The notes: a model not told the origin generated them from the letters alone. Positions 10,143 to 19,989 are shown, counted from the first letter of the stretch. The stretch: DNA of 64,000 nucleotides from an uncultured Actinomycetes bacterium (GCA_963718375.1 CAVQZD010000012.1:2316-66315); one strand, 5' to 3'. A program made the numbers and translations.

Positions 10143-11047
10143 CGGTGCGCGTTGGCCACATCGAGTTCTTGAACTGCTACCCGCTCTACTACGGCCTACA
10201 GCAGCGAGGGGTCTTGCTCGGGGATGAGCCGGTCGACAGACTAGGCCGTCCGCAGGTGGAGTTCTTGCCCGGGGTGCCCACCCGGCTCAACACCATGCTG
10301 GCCACCGGCGAGATAGATTTCGGTCCTATCAGCTCCATCGCCTACGCGCGCAATCACCGCCAGCTGCTGCTGTCGCGGCACGTGAGCATCACGTCGCTGG
10401 GGGCGGTGGAGAGCATCCAGTTGGTCTCCCGCAGGCCGCTCGAGAAGATCCGCACCTTGGCCTTGACCGGGCAGAGTGCGACGGCTGTGGCCCTGGTCAA
10501 GATCCTGCTCGGGCTCAGGTTCGGTCAGAAGGTGTACTACCAGGAGCTGGTCGGCTCCGTGGACCAGGGGCTCGACAAATGCGACGCCGTGCTACTGATC
10601 GGGGACCAGGCTCTGGCTGCGTATTACTATCCTCCGGAAGGGGCCGCCTGCTACGACTTGGGTGAGTTGTGGCAGGAATGGACCGGGCTGCCCATGGTGT
10701 ATGCGGTGTGGGCCGCGCGGGAGGACTTCGCCCGCGCCCACGGTCCGGAGTTGCGGGCTGTGGAACAAGAGCTGGTGGAGTGTATGGACTACGGCACCGC
10801 GCATCTTGCCGAGGTGGTGGAGTCCGCCGCGGAGCGGTTCCCCTTCGATCGGGAGAGCCTGACTCGCTACTTCACCCTGCTGCGATACGACTTCGGGCCG
10901 GAGTACCAGAAGGGGTTGCGGCGCTTCTACGAGTTGGCCCACAAGGCCGGCGAGCTCGACGAAGTGCCTGAACTGCGGTTCATAGATGAGTACGCGGCCG
11001 ATGCGCGGGCCGGCCGCGCTGGGGCCGGGCCGGGGGCCGAGTGGTGA
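10139..11047 (+). CDS. mqnA: chorismate dehydratase MqnA
   Basis: RVGHIEFLNCYPLYYGL, GPISSIAY, LLIGDQAL, DLGELWQEWTGLPMVYAVW. Confidence 0.9.
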   Translation: MTVRVGHIEFLNCYPLYYGLQQRGVLLGDEPVDRLGRPQVEFLPGVPTRLNTMLATGEIDFGPISSIAYARNHRQLLLSRHVSITSLGAVESIQLVSRRPLEKIRTLALTGQSATAVALVKILLGLRFGQKVYYQELVGSVDQGLDKCDAVLLIGDQALAAYYYPPEGAACYDLGELWQEWTGLPMVYAVWAAREDFARAHGPELRAVEQELVECMDYGTAHLAEVVESAAERFPFDRESLTRYFTLLRYDFGPEYQKGLRRFYELAHKAGELDEVPELRFIDEYAADARAGRAGAGPGAEW

Positions 11048-12096
11048 CCCGTCTCACCGATGCCGAAGCCCTGGAGCTGCTGCGCTCGCGCGACCTGTTC
11101 GAAGTGGGGGCGCGAGCCCACGAAGTGCGCGAGCGCCTCAACCCGGGCGATGTGGCCACCTTCGTGGTCGACCGCAACATCAACTTCACCAACGTCTGCA
11201 TCTCGGGGTGTCGCTTCTGCGCCTTCTACGCAGAGCCCGGCTCGCCCGATGCCTACGTGTTGCCCCCGAATGTCATCCACCAGAAGATCCGGGAGACTAT
11301 CGACCTGGGCGGCACCGCGGTGATGATGCAGGGGGGTCTGCATCCGGAGCTGGACATCACCTACTACGAGGACCTCTTCCGCTCGATCAAGCAGGAGTTC
11401 CCCTCCATCACCATCCACTCGCTATCCGCGCCAGAGATTGCCCACATAGCCATGGTCAGCGATTTGGTGGTGCCCGAGGTGCTGCGGCGGCTCAAGGCGG
11501 CCGGGTTGGACTCGCTGCCGGGTGGCGGCGCCGAGATCTTGGTCGACCGCGTGCGCAAACAAGTGGCGCCGGGCAAGGCAGACTCAGCCACTTGGCTGGG
11601 CGTGATGCGCGAAGCGCACAAGCTGGGCATCATGGGTACCGCGACCATGATGTTCGGTAGCGTCGAGACTCTTGAGGAGCGGGTGGCGCATCTGCACCGC
11701 ATCCGCGAGCTGCAGGACGAGACCGGTGGCTTTCGCGCCTTCATCCCCTGGACTTTCCAGCCGGGAAACACCGCGCTGGAGGGTGGTATCCAAGAGGCGA
11801 CCGCCGTCGACTATCTGACCACCCTGGCTGTCTCGCGCCTCTACCTGGACAACGTGCCGCACATCCAGGCCTCATGGGTGACCCAGGGGCTCAAGGTGGG
11901 CCAGGTAGCCCTGCGCTTCGGGGCTGACGACCTGGGCAGCACCATGATCGAGGAGAACGTGGTGGCCGCCGCCGGCGTGCACATGCGGGCAAGTCGTGAC
12001 GAACTGATGCATGCGATCCGCGCCGCCGGGTTCACGCCGGCGCAGCGGTACACCGACTACGCTCTGGTGCAGGGGCCCGCGTCGACCGAGGGGTGA
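11041..12096 (+). CDS. mqnC: cyclic dehypoxanthinyl futalosine synthase MqnC
   Basis: VVDRNINFTNVCISGCRFCAFY, MQGGLHP, TATMMFG, HIQASWVTQG, GSTMIEENVV. Confidence 0.92.
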   Translation: MVTRLTDAEALELLRSRDLFEVGARAHEVRERLNPGDVATFVVDRNINFTNVCISGCRFCAFYAEPGSPDAYVLPPNVIHQKIRETIDLGGTAVMMQGGLHPELDITYYEDLFRSIKQEFPSITIHSLSAPEIAHIAMVSDLVVPEVLRRLKAAGLDSLPGGGAEILVDRVRKQVAPGKADSATWLGVMREAHKLGIMGTATMMFGSVETLEERVAHLHRIRELQDETGGFRAFIPWTFQPGNTALEGGIQEATAVDYLTTLAVSRLYLDNVPHIQASWVTQGLKVGQVALRFGADDLGSTMIEENVVAAAGVHMRASRDELMHAIRAAGFTPAQRYTDYALVQGPASTEG

Positions 12097-12100
12097 CCCC

Positions 12101-12451
12101 GTGCCACAGCAGCAAGACTACATACTCCGGCTGATCGAACAATTGGGTGCGTTGATCAGGGAGGCCCTCGGCAAGCTCAAGGGCAAAGACCCTGAGGTGA
12201 GGCCCGAACTCGCCGGTGAGGCCCTCGGTCTGGCGCTCTCCATGGACCCATCCACGGCTTCGAGTCTGACCCCCGCGACTCTGACGGCGCTGCTCACCCT
12301 CGGTGAGGTCGATGCCCGAGTCATGGCGCTCCTTCAACAGGCGCTGGAACTGGAGGCCACGGCTCTTGAGGATCAGGGGGATCTGACGACCGCGATGCTG
12401 CGGCGTGATCAGTCCGAGGCCGTAAGGTCTCTTCTGGACACACGCAAGTAG
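12101..12451 (+). CDS. hypothetical helical protein (QQDYILRLIEQLG type)
   Basis: GTG four bases after the mqnC stop; protein-like helical sequence. Confidence 0.7.
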   Translation: MPQQQDYILRLIEQLGALIREALGKLKGKDPEVRPELAGEALGLALSMDPSTASSLTPATLTALLTLGEVDARVMALLQQALELEATALEDQGDLTTAMLRRDQSEAVRSLLDTRK

Positions 12452-12523
12452 GCGACGTCAGGCGGCAACACCCGCACCGCGGATGTATCATATACGGCCT
12501 GAAATAGACGGAAGGGTCGGGGT

Positions 12524-13411
12524 ATGAGCAAGCAAGAAGGAACTCTCAGGGTCAAGACTGGTCTCGCCGAGATGCTCAAGGGCGGGGTCATCATGGACGT
12601 CACCACGGCGGAGCAGGCACGCATCGCCGAGGAGGCGGGCGCTTGCGCCGTCATGGCGTTGGAGCGCGTCCCTGCCGATATCCGTAGGGACGGCGGCGTG
12701 GCCCGGATGTCCGACCCGGAGATGATCGTCAAGATCCAAGAGGCGGTCAGCATCCCGGTGATGGCCAAGGCCCGCATCGGTCACTTCGTCGAGGCTCAGA
12801 TCCTCGAGGCTCTGGAGATCGACTACATCGACGAGAGTGAAGTGCTCACTCCCGCCGACGAGTCGCACCACATCAACAAATGGGACTTCAAGGTGCCCTT
12901 CGTCTGCGGCGCCACCAACCTGGGCGAGGCCCTGCGGCGTATCAGCGAAGGCGCGGCCATGATCCGCACCAAGGGTGAGGCCGGCACAGGCAACGTGGTC
13001 GAGGCCGTGCGGCACATGCGCACCATCGTGGGCGAGATGAAGGCCCTCACGGTCATGGGCGAGGACGAGCTCTTCGCAGCTGCCAAGGAACACCGTGCCC
13101 CGTACGACCTCGTCGCCTGGGTGGCAAAGAACGGCACCCTGCCGGTGGTCAACTTCTCGGCCGGTGGTCTCGCCACCCCCGCCGACGCGGCCCTCATGAT
13201 GCAACTGGGTGCCGATGGCGTGTTTGTCGGCTCGGGCATCTTCAAGAGCGCCGACCCGGCCAAGCGGGCCAAGGCCATCGTGCAGGCCACGACTCACTAC
13301 CAGGATGCCAAGATCCTGGCTGAGGTCTCCAAGGGTCTGGGCGACGCCATGCCGGGCCTGGAGATCGGCCAGATAGAGCCGGAGAAGCTGATCCAAAATC
13401 GCGGTTGGTAG
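12524..13411 (+). CDS. pdxS: pyridoxal 5'-phosphate synthase subunit PdxS
   Basis: [44 protein letters not shown]. Confidence 0.97.
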   Translation: MSKQEGTLRVKTGLAEMLKGGVIMDVTTAEQARIAEEAGACAVMALERVPADIRRDGGVARMSDPEMIVKIQEAVSIPVMAKARIGHFVEAQILEALEIDYIDESEVLTPADESHHINKWDFKVPFVCGATNLGEALRRISEGAAMIRTKGEAGTGNVVEAVRHMRTIVGEMKALTVMGEDELFAAAKEHRAPYDLVAWVAKNGTLPVVNFSAGGLATPADAALMMQLGADGVFVGSGIFKSADPAKRAKAIVQATTHYQDAKILAEVSKGLGDAMPGLEIGQIEPEKLIQNRGW

Positions 13412-13412
13412 T

Positions 13413-14126
13413 GTGGGCGGCAGCACCCGCCCGACGGACGCGGCCGGCTCGACCGGCGCCTTGATCACCGAGGGGCAACCCCACATCGGAGTCCTCGCTC
13501 TGCAGGGCGCCTTCCGCGAGCACGTACGCATACTGCGCAAGCTGGGCGCCAAGGTCACCGAGGTGCGGTTGCCGCGCGACTTGGAGGGCTTGGACGGCCT
13601 GATGATCCCCGGGGGCGAGAGCACCACCATCGGCCTGCTGCTTGAGGAACACGAGCTGATGGAGCCGCTCCGCGCTTTCGTCAAGAATCATCCCGTTTTC
13701 GGTACCTGCGCCGGACTCATAATGCTGGCCAAACACACCACCGACGGCGAGCAGCCCCTGCTGCAGGTGATGGACATCACCGTGCGCCGCAACGCTTTCG
13801 GGAGACAGGCCCGCAGCTTCGAGGGGCCGGTGGAGCTGACACTGGGCGCCGTGCCGTCGGCGGCCTCCGCCCCAGCCGGCGCGCCGCCAGACGCGGGCCC
13901 AGCCGGAGCCGCCTGCGCCCCCTGCGACGACTTCCATGGCATCTTCATCCGGGCGCCGTGGGTGGAGGAGGTCGGCCCGGGAGTCGAGGTCATCGCCAGG
14001 TGTGGCGACCACGTGGTAGGGGTGCGGCAGGGCGACATGATGGGCGTGGCCTTTCACCCTGAGTTGGGCGACGATGCCCGGCTGCACGAGTACTTCCTGG
14101 ATGTGGTCAGGGCCGCCAAAGTCTAG
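13413..14126 (+). CDS. pdxT: PLP synthase glutaminase subunit PdxT, with an Ala/Pro/Gly insertion
   Basis: GVLALQGAFREH, IPGGESTT, GTCAGLI, RNAFGRQ, FIRAP, FHPEL. Confidence 0.95.
   Translation: MGGSTRPTDAAGSTGALITEGQPHIGVLALQGAFREHVRILRKLGAKVTEVRLPRDLEGLDGLMIPGGESTTIGLLLEEHELMEPLRAFVKNHPVFGTCAGLIMLAKHTTDGEQPLLQVMDITVRRNAFGRQARSFEGPVELTLGAVPSAASAPAGAPPDAGPAGAACAPCDDFHGIFIRAPWVEEVGPGVEVIARCGDHVVGVRQGDMMGVAFHPELGDDARLHEYFLDVVRAAKV
14031..14090 (+). repeat. 60-bp direct repeat, copy 1 (within the pdxT 3' end)
   Basis: 57/60 identical to 14872-14931. Confidence 0.92.
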
Positions 14127-14134
14127 CTAGCCAC

Positions 14135-14160
14135 GGTCGGCCCAAGGGCCGACCCCTTTT
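14135..14160 (+). terminator. intrinsic terminator after pdxT
   Basis: ggtcggcc-caag-ggccgacc hairpin followed by cctttt. Confidence 0.7.
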
Positions 14161-14210
14161 CAAACCCGCTTGCTTCAGAATCACCGCGATGGCCGCTGGA
14201 CGCCGCCTGG

Positions 14211-14239
14211 TTGTCAAGGCGTATTCCGAAGGATACACT
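14211..14239 (+). promoter_or_regulatory. sigma70-type promoter of the TA operon with an overlapping palindrome
   Basis: TTGTCA-17 bp-TACACT; imperfect palindrome gtattc-cgaa-ggatac in the spacer. Confidence 0.6.
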
Positions 14240-14240
14240 G

Positions 14241-14558
14241 ATGTTGTTCGAGCTTATCGAGACGGCTGAATACTGGCGATGGTTCGAAGCTCTCCGAGAT
14301 GAACGGGTCAAGCGTAGGATAGTCGCTCGGCTCAAGGATCTGACAGACGGGCACTTTGGGGACTGCAAAGTGGTAGGTGATGGTGTGCTCGAGCTCAGAC
14401 TGCACTTCGGACCCGGATACCGTATCTACTTCACTAGGCAGCGCAGAATCTTCATCATCCTGCTGGCTGGTGGTGACAAGTCGAGTCAGCCAAGGGATAT
14501 CGAGCGAGCCAAGAGGCTGGCGCAAGAAGCTTGGGAGGAACGGTCATGGGAGATGTAG
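14241..14558 (+). CDS. RelE/ParE-superfamily (HigB-like) addiction-module toxin
   Basis: RWFEALRD, GHFGDCKVVGDGVLELRLHFGPGYRIYF, LLAGGDKSSQPRDI. Confidence 0.9.
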   Translation: MLFELIETAEYWRWFEALRDERVKRRIVARLKDLTDGHFGDCKVVGDGVLELRLHFGPGYRIYFTRQRRIFIILLAGGDKSSQPRDIERAKRLAQEAWEERSWEM

Positions 14559-14881
14559 GACCGAGGAGGAAGCACGGGCTAGAGTTGCGCCCCTGGGATC
14601 CGGCGCGCCACTTGAACTCCGAAGAGGACATGATCGGCTACCTTAACGCCGTGCTCGAATTGGACGCGTACACGGTGCTCATGTCTGCAATCGGTGATGT
14701 GGCCCGGGCCAAAGGTATGACGCAAGTGTCGCGAGAGACCGGTCTGGGTCGTGAGAGTCTCTACAAGTCGCTCTCGTCTGAAGGGAACCCGCACTTCGCC
14801 ACGGTGCAGAAGGTGCTCAAGTCGCTGGGTCTGCAGCTTCAGGTCGCGCCGTGGGTACCAGAGGAGCCTGAGGCGACATGA
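14546..14881 (+). CDS. addiction-module antidote protein (HTH)
   Basis: WDPARHLNSEEDM, IGDVARAKGMTQVSRETGLGRESLYKSLS.EGNP.FATV. Confidence 0.9.
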   Translation: MGDVGPRRKHGLELRPWDPARHLNSEEDMIGYLNAVLELDAYTVLMSAIGDVARAKGMTQVSRETGLGRESLYKSLSSEGNPHFATVQKVLKSLGLQLQVAPWVPEEPEAT

Positions 14882-14931
14882 TGTGCGTGGCCTTTCACCC
14901 TGAGTTGGGCGACGACACCCGGCTGCACGAG
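14872..14931 (+). repeat. 60-bp direct repeat, copy 2 (pdxT remnant)
   Basis: Encodes D-M-M-C-V-A-F-H-P-E-L-G-D-D-T-R-L-H-E in the pdxT frame; contains the antitoxin stop codon. Confidence 0.92.
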
Positions 14932-14935
14932 GGGC

Positions 14936-17035
14936 CTAGTCGCCCAAGTAGTAGAGAGTGCCTCCGCCACTGGCGCCACCGTACTCATCGGCGGGGACTG
15001 CGGTTCCGATCTGCAGAACGTATTGCTCGATGGCCAGCGCCGCTCCTTGCCCCCCAGGGCCTTGGCCGCCACCCGCAGGGTAGCCACCCGTGATCGCTCC
15101 CGGGGGTGGGCCGTAGCTCGCCGCCGGCAAGGCTTGTGAGGCATCGGGTGCTTCGGTCGCGCTCCCGTAAGGCGTGGTGGATCCGGATGGGTTCCCGTCG
15201 CGGTTCAGGTTGCCGTTGCCCCCTATGAGCACGTAGCGCACCTCCCCGGCGGTCACCATGTCCTTGAACTCCTCCAGCGTCGGCGCCGGATCCCCACCGT
15301 TGAAGCCGCCCATGGCCATCACCGGCTGGTCCGTCGCCAAGATGAGCGGGGTGGCGGCGTTAGCCCCCTCGACGGCCACCAGATACTGCGCGCTCCCCTT
15401 GTTCGCTTCGAGGTACGCCACCAGTCCGGCATCGGCGGCGGCCGTAGCATCGCCGCCGGCGTCGGCTCCATCGAACACCCTGCTGGCTCCACCACCCGGT
15501 CCAAAGCCATCAGCACCACTCACCGGGCCGGCGGCGGCCAGGGGTCCGGTGACGCTGTGCGAGATGGTGCTGAGGTCGTAGGCGAAGGGCCCAGCGAGGA
15601 GCGCCGCGCCGGCTATCACCGCTGCCGTCACGCCGGCTGCCATGGCCAGTGCGCGAGGTGCCCGGTTCCACAGCTGGGTCACAAGTATCGCCGCAGCGCC
15701 CACGGCGCCCAGCACGATGACCGCGGTGCTAAGGCCCGGAGCGAAATCGGGGGTGCGCCGCAGCAGCGAGGCCGACCAGAGCGCTGAGCCGACGACCGCC
15801 GCGGGCAGCAGCCAGCTGAACCGGGGGTGGTCGCGTCCCAGTCTCCAGAGGGCCACGCCACCCGCTCCCACGAGCGCGCCCAAGCCGGGTCCGATGACTA
15901 TCGAGTAGTACGGGTGCAGCACGCCTCCGGCGAAGCTGAAGACCAGGACTATCACCACGGTCCAGAGCCCCCAGAGCAGGTAGCCCGCGCGCCCGAGATC
16001 GGTACGCGGCCTTCTTCTGGTGACCCAAAGCCCCGCCAGCAGACCCACCAAAGCGAAGGGGAGCAGCCAGGATATCTGACCCCCGAGTTGTTCGTTGAAG
16101 ATGCGCAACCAGCCCGTGGAACCCGCGAAATTCGGCCCGCCGCCGGCGCCGCCACCCCCGCCCAGTCCTGCCGCGCCGGAGCCGTCAATACCGCTGCCAC
16201 TCGTGTAGCCGGCCGTGCGGCTGAGGATGAGGTCGAGCACGGAGTTGTCGGTGCTGCCCCCTATGTACGGCCGCGAGGCCGCCGGCCACAGCTCGGCCAA
16301 GAGCACCCACCAGCCGCCGGCGACCACCATGGCCAGCAGCGCTCCGCCGAGGTGCAGCATCCTCCGCCCAAAACGGGGCTTGGCGCAGACCAGGTATACG
16401 ATCACGAAGGCCGGCAGGACGACGAACGCTTCGAGCATCTTGGTCAAGAACGCGAAGCCGATCAGGGCGCCTGCACCGGCCAGTCGCCAGCCCGACTCCT
16501 TCTCCAGAGCCGACCAGAATGCCCAGGTGGCCAGGAGTAAGAGCAGGGTGAGAATGGCGTCGGGGTTGTTGTACCGGAACATCAGCAGCACCACCGGGGT
16601 AAGCGCGAACACCAATGCCGCTATCAGCGCCGGCACCTCGCCCCGCCAACGGCGCACCAGGCGGTAGAGGATCAGCACCGAGGCTATGCCGGCCAAGGCC
16701 TGCGGCAGCAGGATGCTCCAACTGGAGAAGCCGAAGACGCGAGCGAAGACTTCGGGCAGCCAGAAAGAAGCGGGGGTCTTGTCCACGGTGATGAAGTTAC
16801 CTGCGTCTAGCGAGCCGAAAAGGAAAGCCTTCCAACTCAGCGAGCCACTCTTGACCGCAGCAGCATAGTACGTGTTGCCCATGCCGTTGCGCGAAAGCGC
16901 CCACGTGTACATGAAGGCGGTCAGCACGACTATGGCGGCCAGTCCGGCCAGCTCCCACCACGGCCGCGCGCGAAGTGCGGCGAGCCGGGGTTCGAAGCGC
17001 CCCTTGAGCCATCGGTATGTCCGCGTCTCTGTCAT
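14936..17035 (-). CDS. glycosyltransferase family 39 (ArnT/PMT-like membrane mannosyltransferase)
   Basis: GNTYYAAAVKS, FITVDKTP, RYNNPDA, FLTKMLEAF, RPYIGGSTDNS; many TM segments. Confidence 0.88.
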   Translation of the reverse strand: MTETRTYRWLKGRFEPRLAALRARPWWELAGLAAIVVLTAFMYTWALSRNGMGNTYYAAAVKSGSLSWKAFLFGSLDAGNFITVDKTPASFWLPEVFARVFGFSSWSILLPQALAGIASVLILYRLVRRWRGEVPALIAALVFALTPVVLLMFRYNNPDAILTLLLLLATWAFWSALEKESGWRLAGAGALIGFAFLTKMLEAFVVLPAFVIVYLVCAKPRFGRRMLHLGGALLAMVVAGGWWVLLAELWPAASRPYIGGSTDNSVLDLILSRTAGYTSGSGIDGSGAAGLGGGGGAGGGPNFAGSTGWLRIFNEQLGGQISWLLPFALVGLLAGLWVTRRRPRTDLGRAGYLLWGLWTVVIVLVFSFAGGVLHPYYSIVIGPGLGALVGAGGVALWRLGRDHPRFSWLLPAAVVGSALWSASLLRRTPDFAPGLSTAVIVLGAVGAAAILVTQLWNRAPRALAMAAGVTAAVIAGAALLAGPFAYDLSTISHSVTGPLAAAGPVSGADGFGPGGGASRVFDGADAGGDATAAADAGLVAYLEANKGSAQYLVAVEGANAATPLILATDQPVMAMGGFNGGDPAPTLEEFKDMVTAGEVRYVLIGGNGNLNRDGNPSGSTTPYGSATEAPDASQALPAASYGPPPGAITGGYPAGGGQGPGGQGAALAIEQYVLQIGTAVPADEYGGASGGGTLYYLGD

Positions 17036-17168
17036 GTGCGCTCCCAGTATGAACGGAGCCGCGTAATACCGGGATAAAGTGCGCTGGCACCGAATCCGCG
17101 GGGAGGGTACCATCACCGCTACAAGTCGTAGGCACCGCTCGGCTCAGAGCAAAGGAGCGAAGCTAGAG

Positions 17169-19439
17169 ATGCATCAGTACGAGAAGGACGGCTATCAGGT
17201 ATACAGGATGGGCCTTTGGTCGCCCGGTCCTGGATGTCACGGCGGCTGTGGGGCCGAGATCTTTGTCAAGGACGGCAAGGTCGCCAAGGTGGAGGGCAAC
17301 GATGATCATCCCTACCACCAGGGCAGACTCTGCCCGCGCGCGCTCGCGCTGACGCAGTACATCCACCACCCCGATCGTCTCCGCCACCCTCTGAGGCGAG
17401 TGGGCGAGCGCGGCTCGGGCAAGTGGGAGCGCATCAGCTGGGATGAGGCGCTGGATACCTGCGAAGCGAAGATGCGCGACATCCGCGACAAGTACGGCGC
17501 CGAGAGCATGATCTTCGGCCAGGGCACGGGTCGCGACTCGGGTGGCCCCATCATCTTCTTGGCCTACGCCTACGGCAGCCCCAACTGGACGCTGTTCGGC
17601 CTCTCCGGCATCGCCTGCTTCACCCCGCGCCTGGCTTCGTGCTTCCAGGTGATGGGCGACATGACCTTTCCCGACGCGGCGCAGTTCTTCCCGCAGCGCT
17701 ACGACGATCCGGACTGGAAGTGCCCCGAGGTCATCCTGAGCTGGGCTCGCAACCTGCAGGGCAGCCAGTGCGCCGACCACTACTTCAGCGGCCACTACGT
17801 CATCGACATGATGAAGCGGGGTGCGAAGCTGATCGTGGTCGATCCGTACAACGGCTGGGAGGCCTCGCGCGCCGAGCTCTGGCTGCGCATCCGCCCGGGG
17901 GCCGACGGCGCCCTGGCGCTGGCCATGATCAAGGTCATCATCGAGGAGGACTTGTACGACAAGGACTTCGTGAGCAAGTGGACCTTCGGGTTCGACAAGC
18001 TCAAGGAAGACGTAGCCAAGTACTCGCTGGACGAGCTTTCGCAGATCACCTGGGTGCCTACCGACAAGATCGTCAAGGCTGCGCGCATGTACGCCGCGGC
18101 CAAGCCGGCGCAGATGCGCTTCGGCCAGCCGCTCGACTCCAACGCTGAGGCCGTCGCCACCGTGCACGGTCTGGCCAGCCTATGGGCGCTGACGGGCAAC
18201 ATCGATAACCCCGGCGGCAACGTCATCTCCCGGCCGCCCTTCGGCGTCACGGTCTACCCCTACTCCACCGAAGAGGTCATCCAGCTCTACGGCCAGGAGT
18301 TCGTCGACAAGATGAACCAGAAGCGCATCGGCGCGGACAAGTACCCGCTGGTGAAGAACTTCCGCTCCTGGGCCATGTCCGACGACGTCCTCGAGCAGAT
18401 GGAGACCGGCACGCCCTACCCCATCAAGGGTCTATGGTGCCAGACCAACAACTTCATCGCCGGCACGGCGCAGGATCCGCGCCGCCACTACGAGGCCGTG
18501 CGTAAGCTCGACTTCAACGTGGTGGTCGACCCGTTCATGACCCCGACCGCGCAGGCCATCGCCGATATCGTGCTGCCGGCCGCCGCCATCACCGAGAAGG
18601 ACTCGGCCTTCACTACGGGCGTGCCCTGCAACCCCATCTACAAGGTTGCGGAGACCGACGAAGCGCGTATGGACTGGGAGATCAACTTCGAACTCGCGCG
18701 GCGCCTCAACCCCGAGGCGGTGCCGTGGCCCGACGTCCATGCTCTGTTCGATCAGCGTCTGTCCATCACCGGCCACACTTGGGAATCACTCAAGGAGGCC
18801 GAGTACTGCATGGCGCCCAAGGGTGACCCGACCACGCCGTACCACCGCCACGAGAAGGGCCTGCTGCGCCCCGACGGCGAGCCCGGCTTCAGGACGCCCT
18901 CGGGCAAGTTCGAGTTCTACAGCCAGAAGTTCGAGGAGTACGGCCTGAACCCGCTGCCGTATCACGTCGAGCCTGTGGAGAGCGAGGTCAGCACTCCGGA
19001 TATCCACAAGGAGTACCCGCTCATCCTCAACACCGGCCGCCGCGTCGGCGTGATGTTCCACTCCGAGCACCGCATGATCCCCTGGCTGCGTGAGATCAAC
19101 CCGGACCCGCCCGTGGAGATCCACCCCGACACCGCCGCGAAGTACGGCATCAAGGACGGCGACTGGGTGCTCATCGAGGGCACTATGGGCCAGGCCAAGC
19201 GCAAGGCCGTCGTCACCCCGCTGACACACCCCGATGTGGTGGTCGCGCAGCACGGTTGGTGGATACCCGAAGCCAAGTACGAGGGCGACGGCAACCCCTA
19301 CAAGGTCTGGGATATCAACATCAACCAGATGATCCCCATGGGCAAGAACAGCAAGTCTGGTTTCGGCGGTGCCTTCACCAAGACGATGCTCTGCAAGATC
19401 TCCAAGGTGAAGGAAGGAGAGGAAGTCACCTATGCCTAG
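17169..19439 (+). CDS. Mo/W-bisPGD oxidoreductase, acetylene-hydratase/catechol-dehydroxylase-like clade
   Basis: WSPGPGCHGGCG...RLCPR, WERISWDEA, candidate Cys ligand IACFTPR, FHSEHR, VEIHPDTA; no Tat signal. Confidence 0.85.
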   Translation: MHQYEKDGYQVYRMGLWSPGPGCHGGCGAEIFVKDGKVAKVEGNDDHPYHQGRLCPRALALTQYIHHPDRLRHPLRRVGERGSGKWERISWDEALDTCEAKMRDIRDKYGAESMIFGQGTGRDSGGPIIFLAYAYGSPNWTLFGLSGIACFTPRLASCFQVMGDMTFPDAAQFFPQRYDDPDWKCPEVILSWARNLQGSQCADHYFSGHYVIDMMKRGAKLIVVDPYNGWEASRAELWLRIRPGADGALALAMIKVIIEEDLYDKDFVSKWTFGFDKLKEDVAKYSLDELSQITWVPTDKIVKAARMYAAAKPAQMRFGQPLDSNAEAVATVHGLASLWALTGNIDNPGGNVISRPPFGVTVYPYSTEEVIQLYGQEFVDKMNQKRIGADKYPLVKNFRSWAMSDDVLEQMETGTPYPIKGLWCQTNNFIAGTAQDPRRHYEAVRKLDFNVVVDPFMTPTAQAIADIVLPAAAITEKDSAFTTGVPCNPIYKVAETDEARMDWEINFELARRLNPEAVPWPDVHALFDQRLSITGHTWESLKEAEYCMAPKGDPTTPYHRHEKGLLRPDGEPGFRTPSGKFEFYSQKFEEYGLNPLPYHVEPVESEVSTPDIHKEYPLILNTGRRVGVMFHSEHRMIPWLREINPDPPVEIHPDTAAKYGIKDGDWVLIEGTMGQAKRKAVVTPLTHPDVVVAQHGWWIPEAKYEGDGNPYKVWDININQMIPMGKNSKSGFGGAFTKTMLCKISKVKEGEEVTYA

Positions 19440-19764
19440 ACAAGGTCTGATGATCGACTACGAATACTGCACGGGCTGCCACTCTTGCGAGGTGGCCTGC
19501 AAGCAAGAGCACAACTACCCCGTCGGCAAGGGCGGCATCGCTCTGCAGGAGATCTTGACCGAGAAGCCGGACAAGACCTACCGCATCGACTACCTCCCCT
19601 TCACCACCATGTACTGCGACCTGTGCGCCGCCCGCACCGCCAAGGGCGAGCAGCCCGCCTGCGTGAAGCACTGCCAGGCCGCGACGATGTACTACGGTGA
19701 CGTCACCGAACTGGCCAAGAAGATGGAGGAGCGGCCCCACTGCGTGATGTTCACGCCGCGGTAG
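19432..19764 (+). CDS. 4Fe-4S ferredoxin subunit (short DmsB-like)
   Basis: IDYEYCTGCHSCEVAC, CDLC, PACVKHC; overlaps the upstream gene. Confidence 0.9.
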   Translation: MPRQGLMIDYEYCTGCHSCEVACKQEHNYPVGKGGIALQEILTEKPDKTYRIDYLPFTTMYCDLCAARTAKGEQPACVKHCQAATMYYGDVTELAKKMEERPHCVMFTPR

Positions 19765-19989
19765 TTCAGGGCTGACCAGCCACCACAAGCCGATCGACAA
19801 GGACAGGCTCTGAATCCGAAGGTGGTCTCCTCTCTCCGACCATAAGGTCCGCGAGGCCGTCGGCTACGCTATACAGCTCGCGGTCGAGGGCATGGAGGTA
19901 TGGGGCGGTCTTGCACTTGGAGTAGCTCCTCTGGGAGACGAGGGATCCAGCATAGTCGCACTCGGTGTCAACTGGGGAGGTTCGGACGC

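Noticed and set aside
19770-19985. Possible Moco/Tuco riboswitch before athL (ctccgaccataaggt; ccgcgag/ctcgcgg hairpin)
   Set aside because: Lacks a recognisable GAAA tetraloop stem and gcctccc 3' motif; would need cmscan support
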